Virus record (IMG/VR): IMGVR_UViG_3300030098_004191 | Span: 1 to 64,000 of that record | Source: a virus | Strand: one strand, 5' to 3' | Length of the DNA stretch: 64,000 nucleotides | In this document: piece after piece, positions 32,067 to 40,037 of the stretch | Numbering within the stretch: position 1 is the first letter of the stretch | Layout of the letters: every line of letters starts with the position of its first letter | Notes under the pieces: generated by a model | Told to the model about the DNA's origin: nothing | Seen by the model: the letters and a program-made list of their open reading frames with translations, nothing else | Databases searched by the model: none | Position numbers and translations under genes: made by a program

Positions 32067-32471
32067 CTACTTAGAGACTAATTTCACTAACTGTGCGTGG
32101 TAGGGTTTCACTGCCTCAAATCCTTTGATAAGATCTGAAATCAATTCTTGGATTTCAAAATTGTGGATTTGCCAACGGGTCTGTATATCTTTGATATAAC
32201 GATCCGTTGAAATAAGACGGGCAGTAGAAGGGCGTTTGAGAGTTGTTTTCTTTGCAACGACCTTGCCACCTTTGAAAGTTGTGACAGTAACACGGGGTGA
32301 AACTGGTTTTTTTGCCTTTGCTGGTTTGGTTTCTCTTGGAGCGTCAAGCACTGCCTGAACTTCTTTGATTACCTTATCAACTCTAGCAGATTTGGTTGAA
32401 GTCTTACGGGTTCTGGTCTTACGTGCTTTAGGGGCAGTTACAGACTTAGAAGCGGTTGACTTAACAGGCAT
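32067..32471 (-). CDS. Highly basic K/T/A/P-rich protein (histone H1-like composition)
   Basis: Low-complexity basic N-terminal two-thirds, helical C-terminus; has its own promoter cassette. Confidence 0.7.
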   Translation of the reverse strand: MPVKSTASKSVTAPKARKTRTRKTSTKSARVDKVIKEVQAVLDAPRETKPAKAKKPVSPRVTVTTFKGGKVVAKKTTLKRPSTARLISTDRYIKDIQTRWQIHNFEIQELISDLIKGFEAVKPYHAQLVKLVSK

Positions 32472-32556
32472 AGGAATGAGTTCCGATGTTTACTCCCCTA
32501 TTATAAACATAAAAAAACCCCCGTAGGGGTTTTAGTGGACACTTTGTCAACTGGCT

Positions 32557-32793
32557 TTAGCAGTCGTTTAGGGGTGATCTGCCACGGTATGCCGTAAACG
32601 GTCTCTGTAACTGATCTTCCTGGCGAGCAAACTCACTTAGGAAGTAATCCACTGTGAATTCATTTTCATTACAAAATGTTTCAATTTCAGAGTAGATAGA
32701 TGCTGGATAGGAATTCATGTGAAAATCAATTGTGTTTACTTTAGGGAAAGAATTCATATTAGGCAAATGATAAGAACGAAGAGAATTAACCAT
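32557..32793 (-). CDS. Hypothetical protein (start uncertain)
   Basis: IETFCNENEFTVDYFLSEF motif; lies inside a cassette. Confidence 0.6.
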   Translation of the reverse strand: MVNSLRSYHLPNMNSFPKVNTIDFHMNSYPASIYSEIETFCNENEFTVDYFLSEFARQEDQLQRPFTAYRGRSPLNDC

Positions 32794-32807
32794 TCAGTTT
32801 GTTTCAT

Positions 32808-32939
32808 TTACCAATCAAAGTTTGAATTTTCGATGTAACTTTCTACATCAAATTTGTCATCTTTCATTTCAGGTAAATCAAAGATTTCACCTGGAGAGTC
32901 CATTAACTCCTGGAGAATTGTGTCTTCGTAATCATTCAT
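32808..32939 (-). CDS. Small acidic hypothetical protein (43 aa)
   Basis: MNDYEDTILQELMDSPGEIFDLPEMKDDKFDVESYIENSNFDW, directly after a promoter element. Confidence 0.65.
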   Translation of the reverse strand: MNDYEDTILQELMDSPGEIFDLPEMKDDKFDVESYIENSNFDW

Positions 32940-33014
32940 AATTGAGTGAAATTTGGTTGACTATTTAATAATAACAAAAAAATGCCCACTGTGGTGAAAC
33001 AGTGGACACTTTGT

Positions 33015-33194
33015 TTACTGGCACATGTCTTGGAATTTCTTCCATGCCATCGCTTCAACTGCGTCAAGTGTGCCAGTTGAAATTCTGCACAGTTCGCTCA
33101 TCTGATCACCCGTGAGTTTGTTAGACTTCATAAACTCATCAAATGACTCGTCAAAACAAGTTTCATAGAGTGCTTCGTGATGTAGGGTGCTCAT
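33015..33194 (-). CDS. Hypothetical protein (59 aa)
   Basis: MSTLHHEALYETCFDE...AMAWKKFQDMCQ; AAGGA SD; stop lies within the next element. Confidence 0.7.
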   Translation of the reverse strand: MSTLHHEALYETCFDESFDEFMKSNKLTGDQMSELCRISTGTLDAVEAMAWKKFQDMCQ

Positions 33195-33266
33195 AATTGG
33201 TTCCTTTACTACTCTTTAATAATACCAATAAAAAAACCCCTTTGGGGCTTTTGTGTGACAGTTTCT

Positions 33267-33461
33267 TTACTGTCCGTTACGGTACTCACCCATTAGGCAT
33301 TTACCGTACCAAATTTCAGAGTGTCCGTACTCTTCAGATAAATCGAGGCATAGACCCCAACATTCATCTAAAGTTCTGAAAACTGTGTTTTCATGTGGTG
33401 CCGATGCACACACGACAGCATAAGGGAATGCTGGATTGAAAGTGGTATTAGGATTAAACAT
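33267..33461 (-). CDS. Hypothetical protein (start corrected to 33461)
   Basis: MFNPNTTF...CWGLCLDLSEEYGHSEIWYG; the longer start overlaps the promoter element. Confidence 0.65.
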   Translation of the reverse strand: MFNPNTTFNPAFPYAVVCASAPHENTVFRTLDECWGLCLDLSEEYGHSEIWYGKCLMGEYRNGQ

Positions 33462-33524
33462 AAACACATTATACACACAAAACGACCCCTTTTGCAAGGG
33501 GTCTTGTGTCAGTTTGTGAATTGT

Positions 33525-33674
33525 CTAGAATCGGGGGTCGTCGTTTACCCTGATCAGTTCAGAGTTTGGGGGTGCTTGACACAGTGCGGTGTCAAGATCA
33601 TATGCACTGAATGTGGTTTCCTTTCCATCGGATGTTCTGAAAGTGTAATCAGTGGGGTCTTGAAATTGTCCCAT
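33525..33674 (-). CDS. Hypothetical protein (49 aa)
   Basis: MGQFQDPTDYTFRTSDGKETTFSAYDLDTALCQAPP...; abuts the upstream stop. Confidence 0.55.
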   Translation of the reverse strand: MGQFQDPTDYTFRTSDGKETTFSAYDLDTALCQAPPNSELIRVNDDPRF

Positions 33675-33842
33675 TTAATTATACTCCCAAAATGCGGGTT
33701 CGCAAATCTTTTCACATAGGGTGTCATAATCCTCTGAATTAATATCATCGGGGAGACCCAAATCGTTGAAGTATTTAATAATTTCAACGAGTGCAGTTTC
33801 TTCTGCTTCAGTGATACTTAGTGTTCGTACAGTTTGTGACAT
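33675..33842 (-). CDS. Hypothetical acidic protein (55 aa)
   Basis: MSQTVRTLSITEAEETALVEIIKYFNDLG...FWEYN, downstream of a promoter element. Confidence 0.65.
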   Translation of the reverse strand: MSQTVRTLSITEAEETALVEIIKYFNDLGLPDDINSEDYDTLCEKICEPAFWEYN

Positions 33843-33917
33843 TTAGTGCCTGTGATTTGTGTACAATGTTATAATAACAAAAAATCCCCACGAATGGGGG
33901 ATTTGTGTGACAGTTTC

Positions 33918-34166
33918 TCAACTGGTTGAATTGTTTACATTTTCTGAAACATATTGTGGTAAGGTGTTATTACAAATGACCTTGTAATTCCTGGCAAGTC
34001 TTCTATTAATACCATCAATCATCTGATCTTTAGTAACAACTTCTTTCTTCATAGTTTCGCCACTAAATGTTAATACCTTGAGAAACTTGTCTGGATTAAT
34101 AACATCATCCAACCAAGATTTAGTGGGATAAAAGTCAACAACCATGCTTCCAGATTGTAATCTCAT
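33918..34166 (-). CDS. Hypothetical protein
   Basis: 82-aa ORF bounded by two elements. Confidence 0.7.
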   Translation of the reverse strand: MRLQSGSMVVDFYPTKSWLDDVINPDKFLKVLTFSGETMKKEVVTKDQMIDGINRRLARNYKVICNNTLPQYVSENVNNSTS

Positions 34167-34257
34167 AAGGGTGAAATCCGTGGGACAAATGTAATATAAA
34201 CGATTTCAACCACGAATAGGAAAAATGTGTGCCACTTTGTCAACTGGATTCCAGCCT

Positions 34258-34293
34258 AAAAAAAATCCAGCTGACCGTGGGACGGTAGCGGAA
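34258..34293 (-). terminator. Probable intrinsic terminator
   Basis: TCC-GCT-ACCG/CGGT-AGC-GGA bulged stem followed by a T-run on the minus strand. Confidence 0.6.
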
Positions 34294-34466
34294 TTGTCAC
34301 AACATAGGGATTACGATGCCCCTGTGCCGATCTACGAATTGTCATATCTTGTTTATTACTATCTCGAAATTATGTTATAATATTATATTAATTACAAACA
34401 CCATAAGTTATTAACACATAGTGTGCTATATTGCATGTCTAGTTGTTATACACAATGCTCGTGCAA

Positions 34467-34634
34467 TTAGGCATAATGTATGTAAGCTAGTGCCTGATAG
34501 TCTGTACTATCTCGTGCATAATCATCATCTGATGTGTATGTATCTTGTTGCGTGTGCATGTGATACATCTCGTCGAGATAATCATGTGATGACATCTCGT
34601 AATCCCACACGAATTCGCAATCGTAATCTTGCAT
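34467..34634 (-). CDS. Small acidic D/Y/H-rich protein (55 aa) inside the iteron region
   Basis: MQDYDCEFVWDYEMSSHDYLDEMYHMHTQQDTYTSDDDYARDSTDYQALAYIHYA; perfect sigma70 promoter upstream. Confidence 0.6.
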   Translation of the reverse strand: MQDYDCEFVWDYEMSSHDYLDEMYHMHTQQDTYTSDDDYARDSTDYQALAYIHYA

Positions 34635-34791
34635 GTTTCTAGTCGAGATTGTTATTTGATTATATGATTATTATACATGAATCTCGTTGAAATGTCAAGT
34701 GCAAATCTAGTCGAGATTGTATAATGCTGATAGTATATATGTATTCTAGTCGAGATTGTTACGAAACGTGAACATAAGATCTAGTCGAAAT
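34567..34791. repeat. Six 13-bp quasi-palindromic iteron-like repeats (A/T)TCT(C/A)GT(C/T)GA(G/A)AT
   Basis: Copies start at 34567, 34637, 34681, 34705, 34744, 34779; ATCTCG half-sites at 34361, 34509, 34594. Confidence 0.85.
34670..34698 (-). promoter_or_regulatory. Perfect sigma70 promoter TTGACA-N17-TATAAT
   Basis: Exact consensus; one iteron-like repeat lies in the spacer. Confidence 0.85.
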
Positions 34792-34828
34792 TTTATGTGA
34801 CTCTGTGTAAAATTTTGCGTCCTGTGTG

Positions 34829-34857
34829 TTGACAAATCGCCTTCCTCATGGTACGCT
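34829..34857 (+). promoter_or_regulatory. Plus-strand sigma70-type promoter TTGACA-N17-TACGCT
   Basis: Consensus -35 with 17-nt spacer and TGG before the -10; points into an AT-rich non-coding tract. Confidence 0.6.
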
Positions 34858-35043
34858 CGGTAAGGTCGCATAAGATATGAAGTTTAACAGCGTATAAGAA
34901 GCGTATTTAGACAGTAAATAAGACCCTATAACCCTATAAAGATACTATAGGATACTATCCTTATAAAACACGAAGATATATTTATAAAGGTATTTAAAAC
35001 GTTATTTTTAACATAAATGGTATAAATTGATACAGAATACTTA

Positions 35044-35826
35044 TTACATTACCAACTTACGTCTTTCTATGTCATTCTCATTTAACAGTGCTGATTCACC
35101 CCTCCAAATCTCTATAATATGGGCAGGATTATCACTCTCATTTATACCTTTGTGCCATGTATTTACAGGGATGAATATACCTTTATGTTCCTTTAGTTTG
35201 TGCTTAATTATATTTGGCTGATTAATACCATTATCCATTATTACATAACATTCTCCTTTTACCACATTCCATGTTTCAGTCCTGTGTTCATGTTTTTGCA
35301 TTGATAGAGAACTATGAGGATTAATCACTAATTCTTTTACCTTATAACCTTCTCCTTCATACAGTACTCTATAGTATCCCCATGTTCTTATTGTCTTTGG
35401 ATTACTATACTCATTCAATAGAATACTACTACTATTCTTCTTATCATTTCCTCCTATTCCCCACTTGAATACTACTCTTGCATCACACCAGTACTTATCA
35501 TGTTCTGGTACATTATCCTTTTCTCTATCTCCACCATTACAGAATATAATAGGACTGTGTTGTATTAACTGTTCTATTGCATCATTACTACTGTCATCAT
35601 CATCATTAAAGGAAATTACTTCATCGACACATGACAATGATAGAAGGATTTCTTTCCTTTCATCATAGTCCATGAAGTATCTTCCCTTCTTACGGATTAA
35701 CCATTCATCGGAATTTAATCCTACTACTAAGTGTGTACCATATGCTCTGGCATGTTTAAACAGTGCAATGTGACCACTGTGTATTGGATCAAATCCACCT
35801 GTGACTAATACTTTACTCATTTCCAC
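35044..35826 (-). CDS. Cytidylyltransferase (HIGH-family) fused to a mannose-6-phosphate isomerase-type cupin
   Basis: TGGFDPIHSGH, VGLNSD, NGGDR; C-terminal RTWGYYRVL..LSMQKHEHRTETW. Confidence 0.85.
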   Translation of the reverse strand: MEMSKVLVTGGFDPIHSGHIALFKHARAYGTHLVVGLNSDEWLIRKKGRYFMDYDERKEILLSLSCVDEVISFNDDDDSSNDAIEQLIQHSPIIFCNGGDREKDNVPEHDKYWCDARVVFKWGIGGNDKKNSSSILLNEYSNPKTIRTWGYYRVLYEGEGYKVKELVINPHSSLSMQKHEHRTETWNVVKGECYVIMDNGINQPNIIKHKLKEHKGIFIPVNTWHKGINESDNPAHIIEIWRGESALLNENDIERRKLVM

Positions 35827-36138
35827 TTATATCATCATATTGTGACCAGTGTTGTACCTCTCTGGTACTTCTTCTTTTTACAAATTTTAATTCGTGCCAA
35901 TACGTGTCATAGCACAACAGTAGAGTATGAATGTATTTGTGCGGATCATTTTTAGTGTGCTCACAATATGGTTTCGGTCTTATACCAGTCTCTATGGTAA
36001 TGTACCTTGCAACAGGATTCCACCCTTGTTTGATTCTGAGATCATTATCTACTGGGTCTCCTTTGAAATACACCCATCCTTCATCAGTACTTCCATTCTC
36101 ATGTTTCCAGATGACATAATCATCTACCTCTGGCTCAT
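35813..36138 (-). CDS. Conserved cyanophage hypothetical protein (start uncertain)
   Basis: YEPEVDDYVIW..EGWVYFK..YITIETG..H.LLLCY. Confidence 0.6.
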
Positions 36139-36326
36139 AGGGGGTACTTTCCATCTTCATCATGGACTGCACGTAGTCTATCGGTTGGAAGACCTTCTGC
36201 CATGTATGCTTCAAGTCTTACTTTTGCATCCTCTCTGGACAATCTTAGATCTCTTTTAGGATCAATGACTTCCCATCCAGTTGTAGTAAATTCCTCTATG
36301 CGATAGAGTTTATTTCGTGCCTTCAT
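36135..36326 (-). CDS. Conserved cyanophage hypothetical protein
   Basis: LYRIEEFTTTGWE..L..EG...RLR motif. Confidence 0.7.
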   Translation of the reverse strand: MKARNKLYRIEEFTTTGWEVIDPKRDLRLSREDAKVRLEAYMAEGLPTDRLRAVHDEDGKYPL

Positions 36327-36559
36327 AATATCTCTCCAAGATTAATTTCGGGAACTGATGTATCTATTTCAGTTATTATACTGTTCTTTTCTTCTATTGT
36401 CAATCGGGTCAAAATTTGCGTTAACTCGATTCGGAGATCTGAAAGATTCTTGGAAACAGTAGGAGAATTGAATGATGTACAAACATTCATCAACTCAGTA
36501 ACCTTCTGTAGTGCAAAAAATGCCTTCTGTCTCTCTGTGACATTTTCATCTAGGATCAT
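36323..36559 (-). CDS. Hypothetical protein
   Basis: ATGA-coupled operon member. Confidence 0.6.
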   Translation of the reverse strand: MILDENVTERQKAFFALQKVTELMNVCTSFNSPTVSKNLSDLRIELTQILTRLTIEEKNSIITEIDTSVPEINLGEIL

Positions 36560-36625
36560 AATACCTCACTATTGCATAGGTCGAAATGATAGTGAGAATT
36601 AATAGGACTGCCAATACTTGAAAAA

Positions 36626-36814
36626 TCATTGTTCAATACTCCAGTGTGATTTGTCGATACAGGTCTTACACTGTTGGCACTGTAGACCAGACCAACTGAA
36701 ATGGTAAACCTTACTAATTGATCTGCAATTAGGACACATAATGTGCTTACCCCATTTACCAGCACGTGCATACTTGGTAATTGGTTTGAATTCGATTGTT
36801 GTGCTAATCATCAT
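36626..36814 (-). CDS. Zinc-ribbon protein
   Basis: CPNC..VYHFSWSGLQCQQC (two CxxC). Confidence 0.7.
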   Translation of the reverse strand: MMISTTIEFKPITKYARAGKWGKHIMCPNCRSISKVYHFSWSGLQCQQCKTCIDKSHWSIEQ

Positions 36815-37037
36815 TTTCCTCCTTTACATAACATGGGACACAATCAGGATCTAACCATTTCGTATATTCAAAATCCTCAATGGCTTGGGTTAGTTGCATA
36901 CCATTATCACATAGATACATGTCACTGTACCTATTGGTATAACTTCCCATCTTTTGAATACGGAAATCAGGTTTTCCATTCTCTAATGTACCTACTTCCA
37001 CATAACGATATGGAAAGCGTTCCATAATTACAATCAT
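36804..37037 (-). CDS. Conserved cyanophage hypothetical protein
   Basis: RFPYRYVE.G.L.NGKPDFRIQK..DMYLCDN..EDFEYTKWLDP. Confidence 0.75.
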   Translation of the reverse strand: MIVIMERFPYRYVEVGTLENGKPDFRIQKMGSYTNRYSDMYLCDNGMQLTQAIEDFEYTKWLDPDCVPCYVKEENDD

Positions 37038-37283
37038 TTAATTACCCTCCCAGTACAGTGCATTAAACTCTGCAATGTTCAAGTACTCATCATCATGTAA
37101 ACGGTCACTGAATCCACCGTCCTCATCAATGAAAATAAACTCTTCACAAAAATGCTCAACAGATGCAATACCCAAACGTTCAATACATCTGAGCATCTCA
37201 CCAATTTGGTCATCATTCATCTCACATTGGTCAATACAAAATCCAATGTTCTTTTCAAGTTGTAGTTTGACTTGCTTTTTCAT
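37038..37283 (-). CDS. Hypothetical acidic protein
   Basis: Packed operon; GGAGG SD. Confidence 0.65.
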   Translation of the reverse strand: MKKQVKLQLEKNIGFCIDQCEMNDDQIGEMLRCIERLGIASVEHFCEEFIFIDEDGGFSDRLHDDEYLNIAEFNALYWEGN

Positions 37284-37603
37284 TAGGAAACCTCCTTCAT
37301 AAGATCGGATACTTGAATGTTCTCTATCAATTCCTCATACAATTCACCATCATCATAAACTGTGATTCTCTCTTCTAATTCATTATCATCAAACTTACTA
37401 TAATCATCAATCAGTAAATCGGTCACAAACTCAACCAAAGTTTGAGTGTCCATGTTGTCAACCTGTATCTCTACAAATTGTTCGATTAGTTCATCTCTCT
37501 GTTCGGATGTAAGAGATCTGATCTTACTGGGTTTGATAATCACCTTTGCATCCAATTCACTATTGGTTGCATTTGGATTTGCGATGAATAGTTTTTTGGT
37601 CAT
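37283..37603 (-). CDS. Hypothetical acidic protein
   Basis: IVDNMD-like motif; coupled overlaps. Confidence 0.65.
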   Translation of the reverse strand: MTKKLFIANPNATNSELDAKVIIKPSKIRSLTSEQRDELIEQFVEIQVDNMDTQTLVEFVTDLLIDDYSKFDDNELEERITVYDDGELYEELIENIQVSDLMKEVS

Positions 37604-37809
37604 GTCAGTAATTGAACCTCATAGTTAATGTTTTTGATGCACCACCCTGTCGCAGTGGTAATTTCTTCAATTAAATCATCCTCATCCTCTGCTTCCCAAC
37701 ATCCAATACTATCTTGAATGATTTGGGATTGTTCATCTAATGTGAGTTGATACTCTTCTGATAAACTATCATTGAAATCAAACTCAATGTCAGTAACTAA
37801 GTAAGTCAT
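37600..37809 (-). CDS. Conserved phage hypothetical protein
   Basis: VTDIEFDF..WEAEDEDDLIEEITTATGWCI. Confidence 0.7.
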   Translation of the reverse strand: MTYLVTDIEFDFNDSLSEEYQLTLDEQSQIIQDSIGCWEAEDEDDLIEEITTATGWCIKNINYEVQLLT

Positions 37810-38036
37810 TAAACCCCCTGAAGTGAAAGTGAATTGTAATGATCCTGTTTGTTGAAAATACAGGTTTTGTAGATCTTAAAGAGTAAATCCATGTTTACTC
37901 CTTCCCAATCTGTCCAGTCTGATACATAATCTTCACATGTGAAGTCACCCGTACCATCTATATTCTGTGGGCATGACATAAAATCGAAATCATCATTAAC
38001 CCAGAATAGTCTTCCAAATGTTTCTGAAGAATACAT
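37809..38036 (-). CDS. Hypothetical protein
   Basis: Coupled overlaps; GGAG SD. Confidence 0.65.
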   Translation of the reverse strand: MYSSETFGRLFWVNDDFDFMSCPQNIDGTGDFTCEDYVSDWTDWEGVNMDLLFKIYKTCIFNKQDHYNSLSLQGV

Positions 38037-38038
38037 GA

Positions 38039-38290
38039 TTAAACTCCTCCATGAGATAGTGTGAACTTTGGATTTTCAAGAATAATATCTCTGACTCTCT
38101 CTCTGTCTAAACTGTCTCCACCACCCCATGAATAATGTACATACTCAAGATCACCCTTCTCAATCCTGTTAATATACTCAAGGATTGCTTTGCGAGTGAT
38201 TTTCCTTGTTAATCCTGTAATAGGATAGAGTGGATCTTCATTACCATAGAATGACCAAACATAATCCACAAACTCATCTAAACTGTTCAT
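38039..38290 (-). CDS. Conserved phage hypothetical protein
   Basis: FVDYVWSFYG..LYPI..WGGGDSLDRERVRDI. Confidence 0.7.
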   Translation of the reverse strand: MNSLDEFVDYVWSFYGNEDPLYPITGLTRKITRKAILEYINRIEKGDLEYVHYSWGGGDSLDRERVRDIILENPKFTLSHGGV

Positions 38291-38715
38291 TAGTGGTCTC
38301 CTTTGTTGATTACATTAGTATTATAACCCATATTCGTCCAAGGCGTAACAAAGAATGTGCCACTTCCATAGCTGTCCCAGAACTCCTTGGCAAGGATCTC
38401 TTCCATGACGTATGCTTCTTCTTCTCTTAGATCATGGTCTTTCAATCCTTCTATGGTCTGTCTTACATGGACTAACTCATGGCATAGAGTCTCAGCATAC
38501 CCAGTTGGTACTTGGTCATTATGAATATGAATCAAAAACTCTCCATCCTCATCCACCTGACAGAATCCCAGACCATATTCATCTGTCAGATCAACTTGAT
38601 TAACTTCTACTACAACATCATTCAACTGTGGATATTTCTTACACATGAAAAGATATATTTCCTCTGTAAGGATCTTACTTTGATCGCAATGCCAGTCTCC
38701 AGATGTTAATAACAT
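38290..38715 (-). CDS. Putative zinc metallopeptidase
   Basis: TLCHELVHVRQ (HExxH) plus downstream EEEAY. Confidence 0.7.
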   Translation of the reverse strand: MLLTSGDWHCDQSKILTEEIYLFMCKKYPQLNDVVVEVNQVDLTDEYGLGFCQVDEDGEFLIHIHNDQVPTGYAETLCHELVHVRQTIEGLKDHDLREEEAYVMEEILAKEFWDSYGSGTFFVTPWTNMGYNTNVINKGDH

Positions 38716-38852
38716 TAGTCTACCTCCATAGAAAAATCAATAGCAAACTCAGTGGAATTGTCCTCATAATTTGTGATCTTAATCGGACACTGATTTAACC
38801 ACTCTTGGAACTGTTCATACTGTTCCTCTTGACTCTCTTCTGAAACGTACAT
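38715..38852 (-). CDS. Small hypothetical protein (45 aa)
   Basis: MYVSEESQEEQYEQFQEWLNQCPI...; TAATG coupling at both ends. Confidence 0.6.
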   Translation of the reverse strand: MYVSEESQEEQYEQFQEWLNQCPIKITNYEDNSTEFAIDFSMEVD

Positions 38853-39019
38853 TAAACTTCCTCCACTAAATTGATTTCATAGTCCTGAACTCTTTCATAG
38901 ATTACCTCATACTTGTTTACATCTGCATTAACAAGATCTCTTGCTTGATCTTCATCTTCTGCCTCAACTTCTACAATAAATGTAGTAGTTTCCATGCACT
39001 CAACTTGAAATGTTTTCAT
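38852..39019 (-). CDS. Small hypothetical protein (55 aa)
   Basis: MKTFQVECMETTTFIVEVEAEDEDQA...; common phage VEAE-EA motif. Confidence 0.65.
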   Translation of the reverse strand: MKTFQVECMETTTFIVEVEAEDEDQARDLVNADVNKYEVIYERVQDYEINLVEEV

Positions 39020-39199
39020 TTACTTAACCTCCATCCATTTGATAGGGTTCCCCTGAGTCAGTTTCCAGATGAAAACTGATCCTACTTCTTCACTCCAGTT
39101 CTTAGCATAGTGTTTTGCACTTCCAAACTCATAGAAACCGATAGAAGTTGCCTTCTCCCAGTTATATGTACTTGTTAATGCCCAGTTGAATGATTCCAT
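39020..39199 (-). CDS. Small hypothetical protein (59 aa)
   Basis: MESFNWALTS...AKNWSEE..VFIWKL..GNPIKWMEVK. Confidence 0.6.
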   Translation of the reverse strand: MESFNWALTSTYNWEKATSIGFYEFGSAKHYAKNWSEEVGSVFIWKLTQGNPIKWMEVK

Positions 39200-39204
39200 T
39201 GTGA

Positions 39205-39318
39205 TTAAAATGCAAGTTTGGTTATTGCTAAGTCAATTATATTTACACCCCAGTGCATGAACCAAAAGAATGAAAGGAGAAAAATTAATTTCTCCTTTGC
39301 TGTCATGTTTTTTGCCAT
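39205..39318 (-). CDS. Small membrane peptide (37 aa)
   Basis: MAKNMTAKEKLIFLLSFFWFMHWGVNIIDLAITKLAF. Confidence 0.5.
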   Translation of the reverse strand: MAKNMTAKEKLIFLLSFFWFMHWGVNIIDLAITKLAF

Positions 39319-39319
39319 A

Positions 39320-39817
39320 TTACCTCATGTATAAGTATCCACCTGCCCATCCGCAGTTTTGTGGATTAAGTACATACTCACGCTCTTTAATCACTCTCAT
39401 ATCATATCTTACATACTTTGCTGGAGACTTCCATGATGCTGCCTTGTAAATCTCTCCTGTTTTCTTATCAACAAAAGCATGAACACTTCCATCACGATAC
39501 TCATTTCTATCTTGGAATGTATCATAATCCTGTTGGATGATCTTATAATACTTCTTACCATTCTGTATTCTAAATCTCATCAACTTAGCAGTTCCATTAT
39601 CCATTGCATCTAACTGATCCTGAGCATACTTGGATAGTTCTTTCTTACTATCATCACCATTGAAGTATGCACTGTTTCTTTCAATCATTCTTCTGTGATA
39701 CAACTTGTAGTTCTCTGCAAGTGATTCACATAATTGCTCTGTCCACTCCAACACTCTTGTTTCAAGAGTTTTTGTCTCATACTCAGCACTTGTAAGTGTT
39801 GTTGTTTGAAATGCCAT
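39320..39817 (-). CDS. Conserved cyanophage early hypothetical protein
   Basis: GKKYYKI..SVHAFVDKKTGEIYKAASWKSPAK..WAGGYLY. Confidence 0.8.
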   Translation of the reverse strand: MAFQTTTLTSAEYETKTLETRVLEWTEQLCESLAENYKLYHRRMIERNSAYFNGDDSKKELSKYAQDQLDAMDNGTAKLMRFRIQNGKKYYKIIQQDYDTFQDRNEYRDGSVHAFVDKKTGEIYKAASWKSPAKYVRYDMRVIKEREYVLNPQNCGWAGGYLYMR

Positions 39818-39900
39818 AAATGCTCCCTTGATTGTTTACTCTTATATTATAGCAGTAAAAAACCCTCTGTGAAGAGGGCTTGTACCACTTATTCAAGTGT

Positions 39901-40014
39901 CTATAGATCGGTTCCTCCTGTCTCTACTACCTCTACAATGTCCTCAAGAACTGCTAGGATCTCATTTCCATTGTTAGTAGTGTCCAAAAGGAATTCTGCG
40001 AAATTAGGTGACAT
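39901..40014 (-). CDS. Small acidic peptide (37 aa)
   Basis: MSPNFAEFLLDTTNNGNEILAVLEDIVEVVETGGTDL; stop abuts the next element. Confidence 0.5.
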   Translation of the reverse strand: MSPNFAEFLLDTTNNGNEILAVLEDIVEVVETGGTDL

Positions 40015-40037
40015 GACTAAATTAGTGTCGGGTTTAC

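Larger units (their letters stand above)
34350..35040. other. Candidate replication origin
   Basis: Iterons + divergent promoters + AT-rich tract (about 34900-35030) with short direct repeats ACCCTATA x2 and GATACTAT x2. Confidence 0.5.

Noticed and set aside
33554-33787. 77-aa ORF from the track
   Set aside because: Overlaps two better-packed ORFs (33675-33842, 33525-33674) in another frame
31707-33925. Regularly recurring repeats as CRISPR or true integron attC sites
   Set aside because: Intervening segments are genes of 200-500 nt, repeats contain -10 boxes, and no integrase or attC core sites are visible in the window
34567-34791. Possible mini-CRISPR array
   Set aside because: Repeats are only 13 bp with irregular periods (70, 44, 24, 39, 35 nt) and there are no cas genes; better explained as iterons or operators
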